Assembly (NCBI RefSeq): GCF_964355755.1
Contig: NC_092673.1
Coordinates: 31,617,648 to 31,681,647 of the forward strand
DNA length: 64,000 nt
Reading direction: 5' to 3'
Origin: Antedon mediterranea
Taxonomy: Eukaryota; Animalia; Echinodermata
Part shown: positions 25,701 to 38,385 of the stretch, one piece after another
Layout of the letters: each line of letters begins with the position of its first letter
Position numbering within the stretch: the stretch's first letter is position 1
Notes under the pieces: model-generated
Told to the model about the DNA's origin: nothing
The model's input: only the letters and a program-made list of their open reading frames with translations
The model's database searches: none
Position numbers and translations under genes: made by a program

Positions 25701-28700
25701 TATACACGTTTTTGAGTTACGCGTGACACAAAAATGACAGAAAGAAAGAAGAATACAGAAAAAAAAAAGATGATGAAACAGGACAGTTACAAGGAGTTAT
25801 CCGCTGAATGCGGATAACTAATAATACAGAAAACTAGATTTGAACTCGTCACTTTGACGAGTTCGGGTTATCCGCGCAAACGCAACATGCACATACTTTA
25901 AACTATATGAACTTCGACAATTATTATACCATCCTATGACATGAATTAAGAATGTTTACAGTGCTGAATTGTACCTATTTTGTAGCATACAGCATATTAC
26001 AGTGTTTACAGAATACACTGTATGTTATATACAGTGTAGAATAGACGAAATTACGAGACCCATCTTTTAAATCCAATTATTAACACGATGACGTCATCAA
26101 ATTGGCATATAAAGATAACAATTTTAGAAGATAATTATCTAAATAATTACATTAATACAAATTTTAAGAATTTTGGGCACGTGAAAGTGAGATGCGCTCT
26201 CCTTTAAACGCAATGAACTTTTACGCAAGAGATGAAAATATGACTTTTTGAATTTAACTGGCCATATGATGACATCACAACATCTGATTGGCAAAATATT
26301 CACATGAATTCGTATCTACAATCCAATAGCTTCCAGAAAACGTTTTAATCATGATTATCACTTATAATTCTGACGAGCTATAACCGATTGAAATTTACTG
26401 TAAAGATAAAAATAAGTGACCCACATTATTTACATTTTTAGACATGATGACGTCATAAAAATTAAAATATTTTTAACTCATGCGAAAGATAGTTGATTGA
26501 CCTAGACAGTATTAAATATATGAGGAAATGGAATACGTATAAGCGATATGCGCTCTATTTAATGTAATGAGCAATAACGAAACAGTCAAAAATCCAATAT
26601 TTTACATTCGTGTGGCCATACGATGACGTCATAACATCCGAGGGATAAAGATTCTGCATGAATTCATATCTACAACATATCTGCTTACATATTAAATTAA
26701 AAAAATTGGGGGTAACGGTTGATCCTGAGGAGCTATAATAGATTCAAAGTAGGCATAATTTTGACATTATTTTGTAACTTTTTCAACTAAAATGCGCGCA
26801 AATTGTCTAAATCAACGTGTTCGTATGACGTCATTTTAATTTGAAATGATGTCAATCTTTTTTAAAATGACTAGGAAAGGCTGGAAAATCATAATTCAAG
26901 AGAAAAAACATGATTTTCATGCTCCGTGCGCACCATACGCGTAAATTTGTTTGCGCGCGCGGGAATTTTTGACATGCTCAAAATGTCATGATCAGCGTAG
27001 AAAGTTGATTAGAAATTAATTTTGCGCATTTTGAAACTTTAAATGCGCGTGCGCGCTTAACTTCTTGTGAAACATGTCATTTTTAATCCATAGAAAGTTT
27101 GCCCTTGATATGACTTAAATTTTCACTAAGTGTCAAAACAAAATGACTTTTGGTTTATAATCTATGAACAATCATTGAAATTCATAAAATCGCGCGTAAG
27201 TCACGTTGCGCAACTCTGACGTCATTCAAAATATGGAGGTGCACAACTTCAGGTAAATGTCCATATGATGAAAAAGTTATATATATGATATAGTAACAAG
27301 CAATAGAGATATGCTGGTCACAAAAATCCGGGAAAGAAAGAAGAATAACAAACTAGACATAAAACTCGTCACTTTGACGAGTTAGTTATCCGCACGACAA
27401 ACGCCACGTGCACGTCATACGTTGGAATATTGCACACGGAAAAAGATTATGGCATTGTGACCTGAACTGAAGAATATGATATGTTTTTATTGCTGAATTC
27501 TGTTATTTTGTGTCATATAGTATACACAGTATAATCTGTATACATATCACATACAGTGTAGAATAGGTGAAATTACGGGACCCGCTATTTATTCAAATTT
27601 TTAACATATTGACGGTTTCAAAATGAAACGCGAATGTAGCAATTTCGGAAGGAAATTATCTCAGCAACAACATATTAACGTGTAGAAGAAATTTGAACAC
27701 GTGAAATATTGATGCGCGCTCTTTTAAATGTAATGAACTATGACGCAAAAGATGAAAATACGACTTTTTTTATTTAACTGGCCATATGATGACGTCACAA
27801 CATCCGATTGGCAAAATGTTTACATGATTTCGTATCTACAATCCAATAGTATCCAGAAAACATTTTAATCGTGATTATCCCATTTTGTTCTTACGAGCGA
27901 TAACAGATTAAAATTTACTGTAAAGATGAAATTAATGACCCAAGTAATTAACATTTTTAGGCATGATGACGTTACAAATATTAAAATATTTTTAACTCAT
28001 ACGAAAGGTAGTTGATTGACCTAGACCATATTAAAATCTCGGAGAAAATGGAATACGGATAAGCGTGATGCGCTCCATTGAATGTGATGAGCAATAACGA
28101 AAGAGACAAAAATCCTATATTTTATATTCGCGTGGCCATACGATGACGTCAAAATGTCCTGTTAGCCATATTAATGTATGATTTGATATCTACAACTCAT
28201 CAACTTCCAGAATATGTAATAAAAATAACTTTCACCGTTTAGTTTAGAAACTACGACTGTTTAAAAAAAGGCATAATTTTGACGATTTTTTTAGCTTTTT
28301 GATCAAATACGCGCGCAAATTATTCAATTCGACGTGCTCGTAATGACGTAATTTTAAGTCGAAATTGTTTAAAAGTTGGTAAAATTACTAGAAAAGGCTG
28401 GAAAAACATAAATCACGCGAAAAAAGTATGTTTTTAAAGCTACGTGCCCCCCTCGCGCGTAAAAATTTACGCACGTGTGGGAATTTTTGACATACTCAAA
28501 ATGACAAGAAATGCGTAGAAAGTTGATTAGAAATTGATTTTTCGCATTTTAAAATTTTAAATGCGCGTGCGCGCGTAACTTTGTGTGAAACATGCCATTT
28601 TTAATCCACAGAAAGTTGACTCTTGATATGAATTAAATTTTCACCAAGTCTCAATACAAAATGACTTTCGGTTTTTAATCTATGATCAATCATTTAAATT

Positions 28701-31700
28701 CATAAAATTGCGCGCAAGTCACGTTGCGCAACTCTGACGTTTTTCAAAAATAGGAGGTGCACAACTTCACGTAAATATCTATATGTTGACAAAGTTATGA
28801 TATGTTCTGTTCACACATTTTAGAGAAACAGGGCTCACAAAAAAAGGAAGAAAGACAGAAGAATAATACAGAAAAAGAAAAAAAAGATCCCATACAATAA
28901 CAAGGAGTTATCCGCACACTGCCATGTGCGGATAACTAAGAAGATGAAAAAAAAAGATATTTACAATCACATGGGTTATCCTGCAACTAAGTTGCGGATA
29001 ACCAAAAAATGTTGATCTCATACAATAACAAGGAGTTATCCGCTTGGTATACCAAGCGGATAACTAAAAAAACTTTTTCACAAACATTAGAATTACAAAG
29101 CAGTGATTGTTTAATATGAAAGGTTTTTGTAAGCTTAGTAAGTTAAAAATTTTTAGGACTAAGCATACCCTCATCAAGCACCTTGATGATACTGTTCATA
29201 CCTTTTTAACCAGTTCTTTTCTAAAATATAATACCTCTATGGTTTCTTACATTATAACTATGAAGCTGGAATGTTATTATTTTGATCTTATAACAGAGCA
29301 CTTCCTAATAATTGTATAAGGTATATTATTTTTAACATTTCATGTTTTAGTCGTTCAAAGGACATTATTGAACCACTGATAAAACCTCAATGGTTTGTAA
29401 ACTGCACTGAAATGGCCGCTGCTGCTGTAAAAGCAGTTGAAGATGGAGATTTGGAGATCATCCCTGATATGCATATAAAAACATGGAACCAGTGGTTAAA
29501 GAACAGCAGGTGAGCTAAGATGATCCCTCTGTCAAGTCTCTGGATCTCCATAATAAAATCAAAGCACTTTGACATTACATTCAATTGTTTTTCAAATACT
29601 TTTCATCACCAGATCATTATCATCATAATCAATGTCATTATATCATCACCCAGCATCATTGTCAACATTTATCACAATCATCAAACAGGGAGATGTCAAT
29701 GATTAGTTGTCGACGTCATTGTTATAATTATTATAACCACAAAACTCTTTGTCATGATTTTAACAATTTCATAAATTTTAACAGGGATTGGTGTTTATCT
29801 CGTCAACTATGGTGGGGTCATCGTATCCCAGCATACTTTGTAACAATTGACGATGATGGATATCCAGTAGGGAAGGTACGTTATTTCACAGAAAACATAG
29901 GTGTATGGCAAAGCAATCATAGCATACATACTGAATGCAAACTGAATCACATGACTAGGGTTTTTGATCTCTAGGTCTATTTGACCTCCAAGACAGTAGG
30001 ATTGTTTTTGTGGCTCTGTGTCTTGGCATTAAAACTAGACACATCTGAAATCTATGGATAGAAAAAAATTCTTACACTTTGAAATAACTAGGATTTGAAC
30101 CTTGATTGTTGACATGAAAATTTAACCTTATTCATTAATAGCATGCTGAATGCTGTATGATTATAATATTAATAAAATAATCATGCTTCTTGATAGGACA
30201 TTGATTCAAAATATTGGGTGAGCGCTCACACTGAGGAGGCGGCTAGAAAAAAAGCAGCTGAACGGTTTAGTGTACCATCAAGCAAGATTAAATTAAGACA
30301 AGGTACAAAAACAAATAACTCTTTCCACGTTATTTAAAATTTGGAAGTTATAAATTTTGTATATTTAATCCTTTTTTAAGATTTAATTTATTGGTACAGT
30401 AGTTTGTTTGATTAACATCCAATTCAATAAATGTCTTTTTAAGATGATGATGTCTTGGATACGTGGTTCTCATCTGGTATATTTCCATTTGCCATTCATG
30501 GATGGCCTGATGAGGTAAGATATAATTTAAGAAGAGTTTGTGATATTGAGCTATTTCAAGTTTGTTTATTTCTGAAAATGTACCTTGTATTAAGTGAAAT
30601 CAAATTGAATTGTAGAAATGTAGAAAAAAACATTGAAATAAAGGCCAAAGAACGAAAATCTAAAGATTGGATTAAAAAAAAAAGTTTAATTTCATGCGCA
30701 ACTAATAGCGAGTAACTCGCCAATTACAGGATGGATAAACTATTTAATAATTTATCATGCTTATAAACTAAGTCTTATTTGAGGCTTAAGGAGTGGAGTT
30801 GAAAGAGTTGTGAGTTAAAACCCTGGCACTAAGTCAAGATTGAACTTTGGACCTTTTGGATTGGAAGGCATCACAAGAAAAAAAGACACAATTAACTGAA
30901 AGTGGAGAGATGGTGTAGTAGCATAGAACAAATTTAGATTCTAGATATGTTGCTAGGAATGCAGATTCAATGACACCAGAGTTGATAAACATTATTGCAT
31001 TATTTATTTGCTAGACTCCTGACCTGTCACAGTATTATCCTTCTACTGTGCTAGAAACAGGCTATGATATAATGTTTTTCTGGGTTGCAAGAATGGTGAT
31101 GCTGGGACAGAGGCTAACAGGAGAACTTCCATTTAAACAGGTAATTGTGAAAAATCAAAGGTTAGATTATCTTCAATTTAAACAAACATCATCTTCAAAT
31201 AAGGAATAGCCAACAAACCAGTGAGTTCCTATACTTCTGAAAAAACCATAAACAATAAAACACTTTAATAACAAAACCAATTTCTCTAAGAACATGAAAA
31301 TAATTACTCAATTTTTAAAGCTATTATCTATAATAATATTTTATACATTTTACAAATTAATTAAAAAGAACTATTTATTTTGTCATTTTCTTCAGGTATA
31401 CCTCCATTCAATGGTAAAAGATTCTCATGGACGCAAAATGAGCAAATCGCTTGGTAACGTCATTGACCCTATTGACGTTATAGAGGGTGTATCACTTGAT
31501 GCTATGCAAGACCGGCTAAAAAACAGCAACTTGAAACATGACAACAAAGAATTGAAAGCTGCTCTGAAAGGTCAAAGGGCAAACTTTCCAAATGGCATTC
31601 CAGAATGTGGAACTGATGGTCTTAGATTTGCCCTTTGCACTTACAATACTCAAGGTACTATGTATACTGAAATGTTCTTTATTTTAAGGGCCTGAGGAAA

Positions 31701-34700
31701 AATGTTTTTTATGTACAAATTCTTTTCCCCTGCTTGATAATTCAAAGGAAGAGTGGAGTGGTAGCTTAGTGGTTAAGATGCTTGCCTACCGATCTCAGGG
31801 TCCTGGGTTCACATCCTGTCAAATCACTGTGGTTATCCTTGTAATAAATCTAAATTGAATGAATGAATAATTCATATAAAACAATATAACTTATTTATAT
31901 TATTACAAGAATCACACATATATTTCTGTGGTCATTTATTTGGGCAAATGCACTCTTATGATTTAGAAAGTGCAAATAGTGTATTACTATCTGTTTGTTG
32001 TACATTTTACTGACAAATTTTAATGACATTTTTAAAAATGATGGGTAGCTGACTCAGCTTAAGCTGGCCCCATACAGCATTTTTTCATCTTTAAAAAAAA
32101 AATTGTATTGATTTTATGCTGGTCAAATAAATAACAAAACAAAACGGTTTTGTTTTTTAAGGTGTGGATTTAAACTTGGATGTTCTGAAGCTTGTGGAGT
32201 ACAGACATTTTTGTAACAAGATTTGGAATGCTGTCAAGTTTGGTTACACTCACTTTGGAAGTGATTTTAAGCTGATGAGTAAAGAAGATGTATGTTACAT
32301 TTATTTAATTTTTATATAATTGGATTCAATACAAACGTTTTGTAATTGTGCAATTCTCAATTTATTGAATTTATTTTTCTCTGTATATTGCCTCCAGGTT
32401 ATGCAAAACAGCAGAGCTATCGACTGCTGGATCCTTTCTAAGCTCAGCCTTACAGCGGAAATTTGTAATTCAGGTTTTCATGATTACAACCTGAAAGTCG
32501 TGACATCAGCAATACGTCACTTTTGGCACAAATGTCTGTGTGATGTGTACCTGGTATGAGATACTATATATGTATATCAATTAGATTAAACACAAAAGTG
32601 TTCAATTGATATTAAGTTTAGTAATATCAATAAATATATACAGTAATACTAATTAAAACATTTTATTGCACTAGAAACTGTTTAATGAAGGAGATAACAA
32701 TATCAGCTGCTAGTTTCTGAGATGCCTAATATAACAAATCCATGAGTGAATAAGGCCAAGGTGCCTGGTTTTTGAAGAATTACCTACAATCTTTTCTTTT
32801 TATTATACAAAGGAGACCATCAAGCCATCATTATATAATGATGAATCAGTCTCTGGTAATGTTTCACGCTCTGTACTGTTCATGTGTATTGAGGCAGGCC
32901 TGAGGTTTCTAAGCCCCTTCATGCCTTACCTTACAGAAGAGCTGTATCAGAGATTACCCGGCCTACAACATGTTCCTAGCATTTGTATTGCACAATACCC
33001 AACTACTGAAGAAGTAAGTTATTTTTTAATTATGCATATATAAAGTTACAAAAGTTATTTAAATCCATCCCCGACATTTAATTTAAAGGAGATTGATTTA
33101 TTATCATCATGTTTGTTGTTTTTTTGTCAAATATTTATACTGGGTGACCTCTTCAGTCAAAGACTGCTTTCTCAGAGAGCCCATGATCATCTCTCATTAG
33201 CTCTATTGTCATTTTTATTACCGCTACACCATTATAATAATTTCTGTCATCTCAAAAATTATGTGATACAAAATATTCAAATGACTTTGATGAATAATCA
33301 TTTATTCTAATGTTTTTTGTTGAATATTCATAGTTTCCATATAAGGATGCAATCCTAGAGAATAATACAGATTTGATGTTGGATGTTGCTAGTGGGATTC
33401 GATCACTTAAAAAACAATATGAGGTTACCCAAGTAAATGGTATGGCTTTTGATGCCTTTTTTAAAATAGATTTTCAATATTTTGTTAATTCAAAGATCGG
33501 TTTCTGGATGTATTTTAAATAATAAAATTTAGAAATTGTTGGAAACAATTGTTTGTCTATAGTAGTTCTTTAGGTAGTAAAATGTATATTCTTTTTTCTC
33601 CTTTTTATAGCTTTTGTTGTGTGTTCAACCAATGACATTTACTCTATACTGTGCAGTTATCAAGATGATATAAAAACATTAACCAAAGCAGCTTCAGTAG
33701 AGCTTCTATCTAATGGCATTACTCCCACTGGTTGTGCAGTTTCTACTATATCACCTTCATGTACTGTTGCTGTGCAACTTGAGGTAGGTTCAGTAGAGCT
33801 TCTATCTAATGGCATTACTCCCACTGGTTGTGCAGTTTCTACCATATCACTTTCATGTACGGTTGCTGTGCAACTTGAGGTAGGTTCAGTAGAGCTTCTA
33901 TGTAATGGCATTACCCCCACTGGTTGTGCAGTTTCTACCATATCACTTTCATGTACTGTTGCTGTGCAACTTGAGGTAGGTTCAGTAGAACTTATATCTA
34001 ATGGCATTACCCCCACTGGTTAAGTTACTACCGTATATCAACTTTATGTACTGTTGCTGTTAAACTTGAGGTAGGTTCAGTAGAGCTTTTATCTAATGGC
34101 AATACCCCCACTGGATGTTCAGATACTACCAGAATCATCATCTTATGTACTCTTGCTGTGCAACTTTGAAGTTGGTTCAGTAGAGCTTCTAACTAATGAC
34201 ATTACCTCCACTGGATGTGTAGTTACTAGCATAATTATCATGTTATAATGCTGTGCAACTTGAGTTAGTTCAATAGACCTGCTATTTAATGCCCTTTGCT
34301 TATTATTATTTGTGTTTTTATTAGGTTATATGCATTAATGCATATAACCTCTTGATTCTGTCAGGATCTTTATTTATTTATTTATTTATTCTTTCCTTAG
34401 CACTATTTTGTCCGTGAATTATCTTGGCATCAGTTTCATCTAGCTAAGTCAATTTTTCAGAGTATATTCCTTATGGCCAGGAATCGATGTGGTTATGTTT
34501 TCACGGTGCGCAATCAATCATTACGCAGTCTACGCGCGATTTAACGAAATCACGTTTGTAATCATATCTTCACAAGCATGAATCACAATTAAACAAAATT
34601 TGGTACTCATAAATTTCAGGTCATATTTTATCATATGGCAATACAATTACGTGCCTAGCGCATATAACGCTTGCGTACGCGCGCTTAAAATGTTCAAAAT

Positions 34701-36594
34701 TGTCAAAATTTATTTTCGATGAAATTAGAGTACGTTTCAGGCAATTTTAGGCGTTTAAAAAATTGCCATGAGTGCGCAGATTTTTGCACGCGCACTGCGC
34801 GTTAAACGTTAATGCGCACTCTTTTTGCCCGATTTCTGTTTTACAGTCTTTCTTTAATAATATCATATTTGATTGACTTTTCAACTCGAAATTGCGTTAT
34901 ACGAGCACGTCAAAAGTGACTGGTTACGCACGTATAAGTTAACAAAATGGTGAAAATATGCTAAATTTTTAAATTAATATATATCGTCAGAATGCAGGGA
35001 AACACCTATTTTTTATTTCATTTTCTTGAAGTGTATGTATCATATGTATGATTTATTATCAAATTAAGAGAACAAAAGTTGATTAAGTCTTCATTAATTG
35101 CATATTAAATTTAAAAAAAATAATTTCGACAATCAAACAAATTATGACAACTTCTTAAGAAGTTCATATATTAAAGTTAAAAGTATATAGTTTGACAGTG
35201 CATACTTTTTTTACATTTTTAAAGATGTCATCATAGTAAAAAATTATAATTCATTGCGGTATGTAATAATCTATTTGCACCAAAGTGGTTACTGCATAGT
35301 AAATACACGGAGGAATTTTTCTACAACTTTTAGTCAGTTGTGTATGGCTCGATGGTCTGTGCTCGTGTCTATGGCATTCAAGGTACCGAGATCGAGTCTC
35401 ACCTTGGGAAACGAATTACAAATTTTTTTTTATTATCCGTATTGTTTGTTCAAATTTATTTCTTAGTGTACAGATTATACACATGATTTATAATGAAATC
35501 TAGATAAAAAGTAACTTATGTCTTTATTATTATGTAACAACAAATGTGGTTTATGACATTATACGCATATGGATCTTTGATCGGATTGTGATACCGGCTA
35601 TGGTGTTCGCGTTAGCAAGGTCCTATCATATATTATAAATAATTAAAGATTCTGAGAAAATCAATCAATCAATATATCTTTTAAAAATCAATTATCTTTA
35701 TTTAAATCAATGCATATAACCTATAATTCGTCATAGTGACGAATTAAATCTAGTTACAGTACCTTTGTTATTTTTCTGTAATTTACAGGGAGTGGTAGAC
35801 ATGCCACATTTATTAAATAAATTTAAATTGCAAGAAACTAAACTGAAATCTCAAATTTCAAAGCTGAAAAAAACTAAAGAAATACCACATTACAACGAGA
35901 AAGTTCCAAGTGTAAGTCAACAACAAACCACCAACAAGGTATTATTTCATGAATTTACAGTAACTTTTTGAAATTACAGAATGTAAAAACTTAACTTAAG
36001 TTGTTTTTATAGGCATAGAAATTTGATACTGTACAAACAAATAGGTGAAAACATAATATACTGTATTATCTCTAATGCCCAACATTTGTTAATGTTGTAT
36101 TGTAATATTAGGCAATCCAGGACACCTGCTATTTTTCAAGTTATTTGAACAGCACCTTGTGCCTACAATAAAATGAAATATCTTGGGGTAAATATCAGTT
36201 GATGCAGCAGTGAATTCGCTGTTGTATATGAATTCTATTAGCTGTGCACATCAAACAATGCAAAACACATCATCTTACTGTACTGCCTACTATGATGTGG
36301 ATATTTTCTTATTTAACTCCACTTTACTGTTGAGACCATCAGTTAGTCAAATGTTTTATTGCTGGCTTACATGGACTGGATACACATGTAAATTGACTGG
36401 GCACTCATTGCAAAATGAAAAATAATTAAGAGGGTTGTTTTACAAATTCAATTTCAAAAAGTGTGGCTTTTGTAGTAATCATATTTTTATTTATTTTTTA
36501 GATTCGACAACTTGTGCAAGAGTTACAAAATATTGAAAAATTGATTGACACTTTAGGCAAAACCAAAACATTGAAATTGAAATCAAATTCCTGA
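13726..36594 (+). CDS. VARS2: Valine--tRNA ligase, mitochondrial type, 24 coding exons, ~1086 aa
   Basis: Exons, all GT-AG with consistent phases: 13726-13992, 14283-14361, 18111-18211, 18720-18832, 19064-19228, 19373-19454, 19937-20056, 20470-20578, 21118-21294, 22071-22195, 22491-22594, 29351-29509, 29785-29875, 30197-30302, 30444-30514, 31015-31140, 31396-31654, 32162-32289, 32398-32553, 32813-33013, 33334-33439, 33611-33783, 35789-35938, 36502-36594 (sum 3261 nt). Motifs [13 protein letters not shown] (HIGH), [43 protein letters not shown]. The N-terminus is basic and acid-poor like a presequence, and [12 protein letters not shown] is VARS2-like. Confidence 0.93.
14657..17836 (-). mobile_element. 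Two nested non-autonomous Helentron/DINE-1-like (HINE) elements, ~1.5 kb each
   Basis: 3' ends (AACTAGA..AACTCGTCACTTTGACGAGTT stem-loop + subTIR GTTATCCGC) at 14657 and 16168. Two 5' hairpins AGTTATCCGCTACTAAGCGGATAACT at ~17733 and ~17809. Confidence 0.85.
18426..18597. mobile_element. Tc1/mariner-pogo-like MITE
   Basis: TACAGTCAACTCT ... AGAGTTGACTGTA terminal inverted repeats with TA flanks. Confidence 0.75.
20770..20915. mobile_element. Palindromic MITE
   Basis: CTGTCTACACTATCAAACT ... AGTTTGATAGTGTAGACAG inverted termini. Confidence 0.8.
21606..21937 (+). mobile_element. tRNA-derived SINE with Deu/Nin central domain
   Basis: A-box TGGCCGAGCGG and B-box GGTTCGAG. The centre GATGAGAACTATAAACCGTAGGTCC..AAAGAACCCA..GAAGAGTAGGGGGTTACCCCG resembles the DeuSINE/SINE3 domain. 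(AAAT)n tail. Confidence 0.8.
22227..22384. mobile_element. Harbinger-like MITE
   Basis: GGCCAATTTACAC..GCGGTAACGGTA versus TACCGTTACCGC..GGAAATTGGCC inverted ends. Confidence 0.65.
22676..29066 (-). mobile_element. Four nested HINE elements (~1.5 kb each) in VARS2 intron 11
   Basis: 3' ends at 22676, 24222, 25832 and 27351. 5' hairpins at ~25794, ~28905, ~28973 and ~29033. Confidence 0.87.
31754..31870 (+). mobile_element. tRNA-derived SINE fragment
   Basis: TAGCTTAGTGGTTAAG (A-box), GGGTTCACATCC (B-box-like) and a (GAAT)n tail. Confidence 0.55.
33692..34285 (+). repeat. 96-bp tandem repeat copying the 3' half and splice donor of VARS2 exon 22 (~6 copies, decaying rightwards)
   Basis: Unit TTCAGTAGAGCTTCTATCTAATGGCATTAC..GCTGTGCAACTTGAGGTAGG. 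Donors GAG|GTAGGT at 33783, 33879, 33975 and 34070. Confidence 0.95.
34321..35756 (+). mobile_element. HINE element of a sister subfamily
   Basis: 5' hairpin AGGTTATATGCATTAATGCATATAACCT, then (TTTA)n. 3' subTIR ATGCATATAACCT, stem-loop AATTCGTCATAGTGACGAATT, then AAATCTAGTT. Confidence 0.8.
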
Positions 36595-37993
36595 TGTTTG
36601 TGGACTTTGACAGAAACTTTCTCACAAATGTCTTCTATTCACCTGAAGTTAGTTGAATTAAAGGGCACAATCTTAACTTCACATGGCTTCACAATTTTTT
36701 GGTTCAATACAGGAAATATTTAGTAAACACAAATTCCTATTTATTTGAGTACAATGGTATTGTCAATGACGTAGGTTCAGTGCCCTTTTCATATTTCCCC
36801 TTCAAAGTCATCTATTCTTCTTGATTCTTGCAATTCATACTGTATTGAAAACAGGAACAATAGTGTAAAACTATTTTAGTATTCAAAGGAATTAAAGGAC
36901 ACAATCTTAACTTCACATGGCTTCAAAGTTTTTTAGTTCAATATGGAAAATATTTAGTTGCTACAATAGATGTTTGTTGAAGCCGCTAAGACTCTTATAT
37001 CAACAAGTTGTTATTAGGTTTGCATAGTGTAAAGACAATTTTCTGGAAATCTTCCAGGATTTTTTGTTCCGAGATGTCCCGAGTTGTTGCTGTGCGCGCA
37101 TGTATTTCCCTGATATTAAACCGACCAATCATAGTAATCAAATAGCACACAACTATGCTTTCCTTCCGAGATTTCTCACGGTTTGCGATGCGTGTATGAA
37201 AACGTTGAAAACAAATTTATACAGATGTGAAAAGGGATAGTCTCAGAAATAAATCAAATCAACTTGTGTTATAAGTTGTAACAATTTATGCAGATGTGAA
37301 AAGGGTATGGTCTCAATGTCAAAGATTCTTTTGAAATAATAATGTATAATAAAGCAAGATTGTAATTAAATGTCACAGGCATGTAATAATAAATATCTAA
37401 GATCTACTATGTCTGGGATTTGTTTGTGGCTTAACATTTAAAATATAATTTGTTTTAGGCTAAGACAAACTGATACCATACAGTATGTTTTTTGAAAGTG
37501 GAAACTGAGGAAATTTGTATCATATTCAAAATGGATCATACAAAGTTAGTATTAGTGGAATTTTTTGTGAACCCATTCATTCAGCTTGGAATAGCTTGGT
37601 CAAAGTTCAACTTTTTGTTAAAGTTGTTATGGTAATTTACTGATAAATTCCCCCATTAATGGACAATACCATTGTAAAATAGGGATGGGTTTTTGTTTTA
37701 TGCAATTTTCACTTGTGTTATGAATAGTAAATTGTTTTGATATAAACGTTGCAATCTTAAGCAATATTTTTGTTTCCCATAATTGTTTACAGAATCTATG
37801 ATTTATAATATACCGTAATGAATGATTATTATTAGGCTAAAATGATACATTGTAAAATTAGCACAAACCATCTATAGTATATATATATATGATATATTAT
37901 ATACCCTGTATAGTAATTGTCAATTAACATATGGAAAATGTTATTGTCTATTTTACTATTCTTACTTTAGAAATACATATGTTGTAGTAGACC

Positions 37994-38385
37994 AGGGGCT
38001 GATTGCTATAACGGTCTTATCGCTTAGCCTGCTATAATTCGTCATGTAGCAAGTAGTCTTTATTATAGACCATTGCTATACCGCAGTCTAACCTGTAAGC
38101 AGTCTTTAAAATTAAAGCCTACTCGAAGGAGTCTTAAAACAGTCTTAAACCTCTCTTTTTTGTTGCTTTTACTTATTATTGTGAAAGACAGCCAATTTAA
38201 CAGGTTTTAAGTGTTAAGTCAAATAATAATGGTGATTTTATTCTTAGCCTAGAATAGTTAAGACTGTTTTATAGCAATGGTCTAACAGGAGTGGCTTTAG
38301 ACCATTTATCTCATTCCGATAAAGCCGGCTATAATCGGGGAGTTAAGACCATCAGGTAAAACTGTTTTATAGCAATCCGCCCTAG
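37994..38385. mobile_element. PIF/Harbinger-like MITE
   Basis: AGGGGCTGATTGCTATAA ... TTATAGCAATCCGCCCTA inverted ends with internal inverted TTGCTATA/TATAGCAA modules. Confidence 0.6.

Noticed and set aside
33660-34016. Minus-strand repetitive 118-aa ORF
   Set aside because: It is the antisense shadow of the 96-bp exon repeat.
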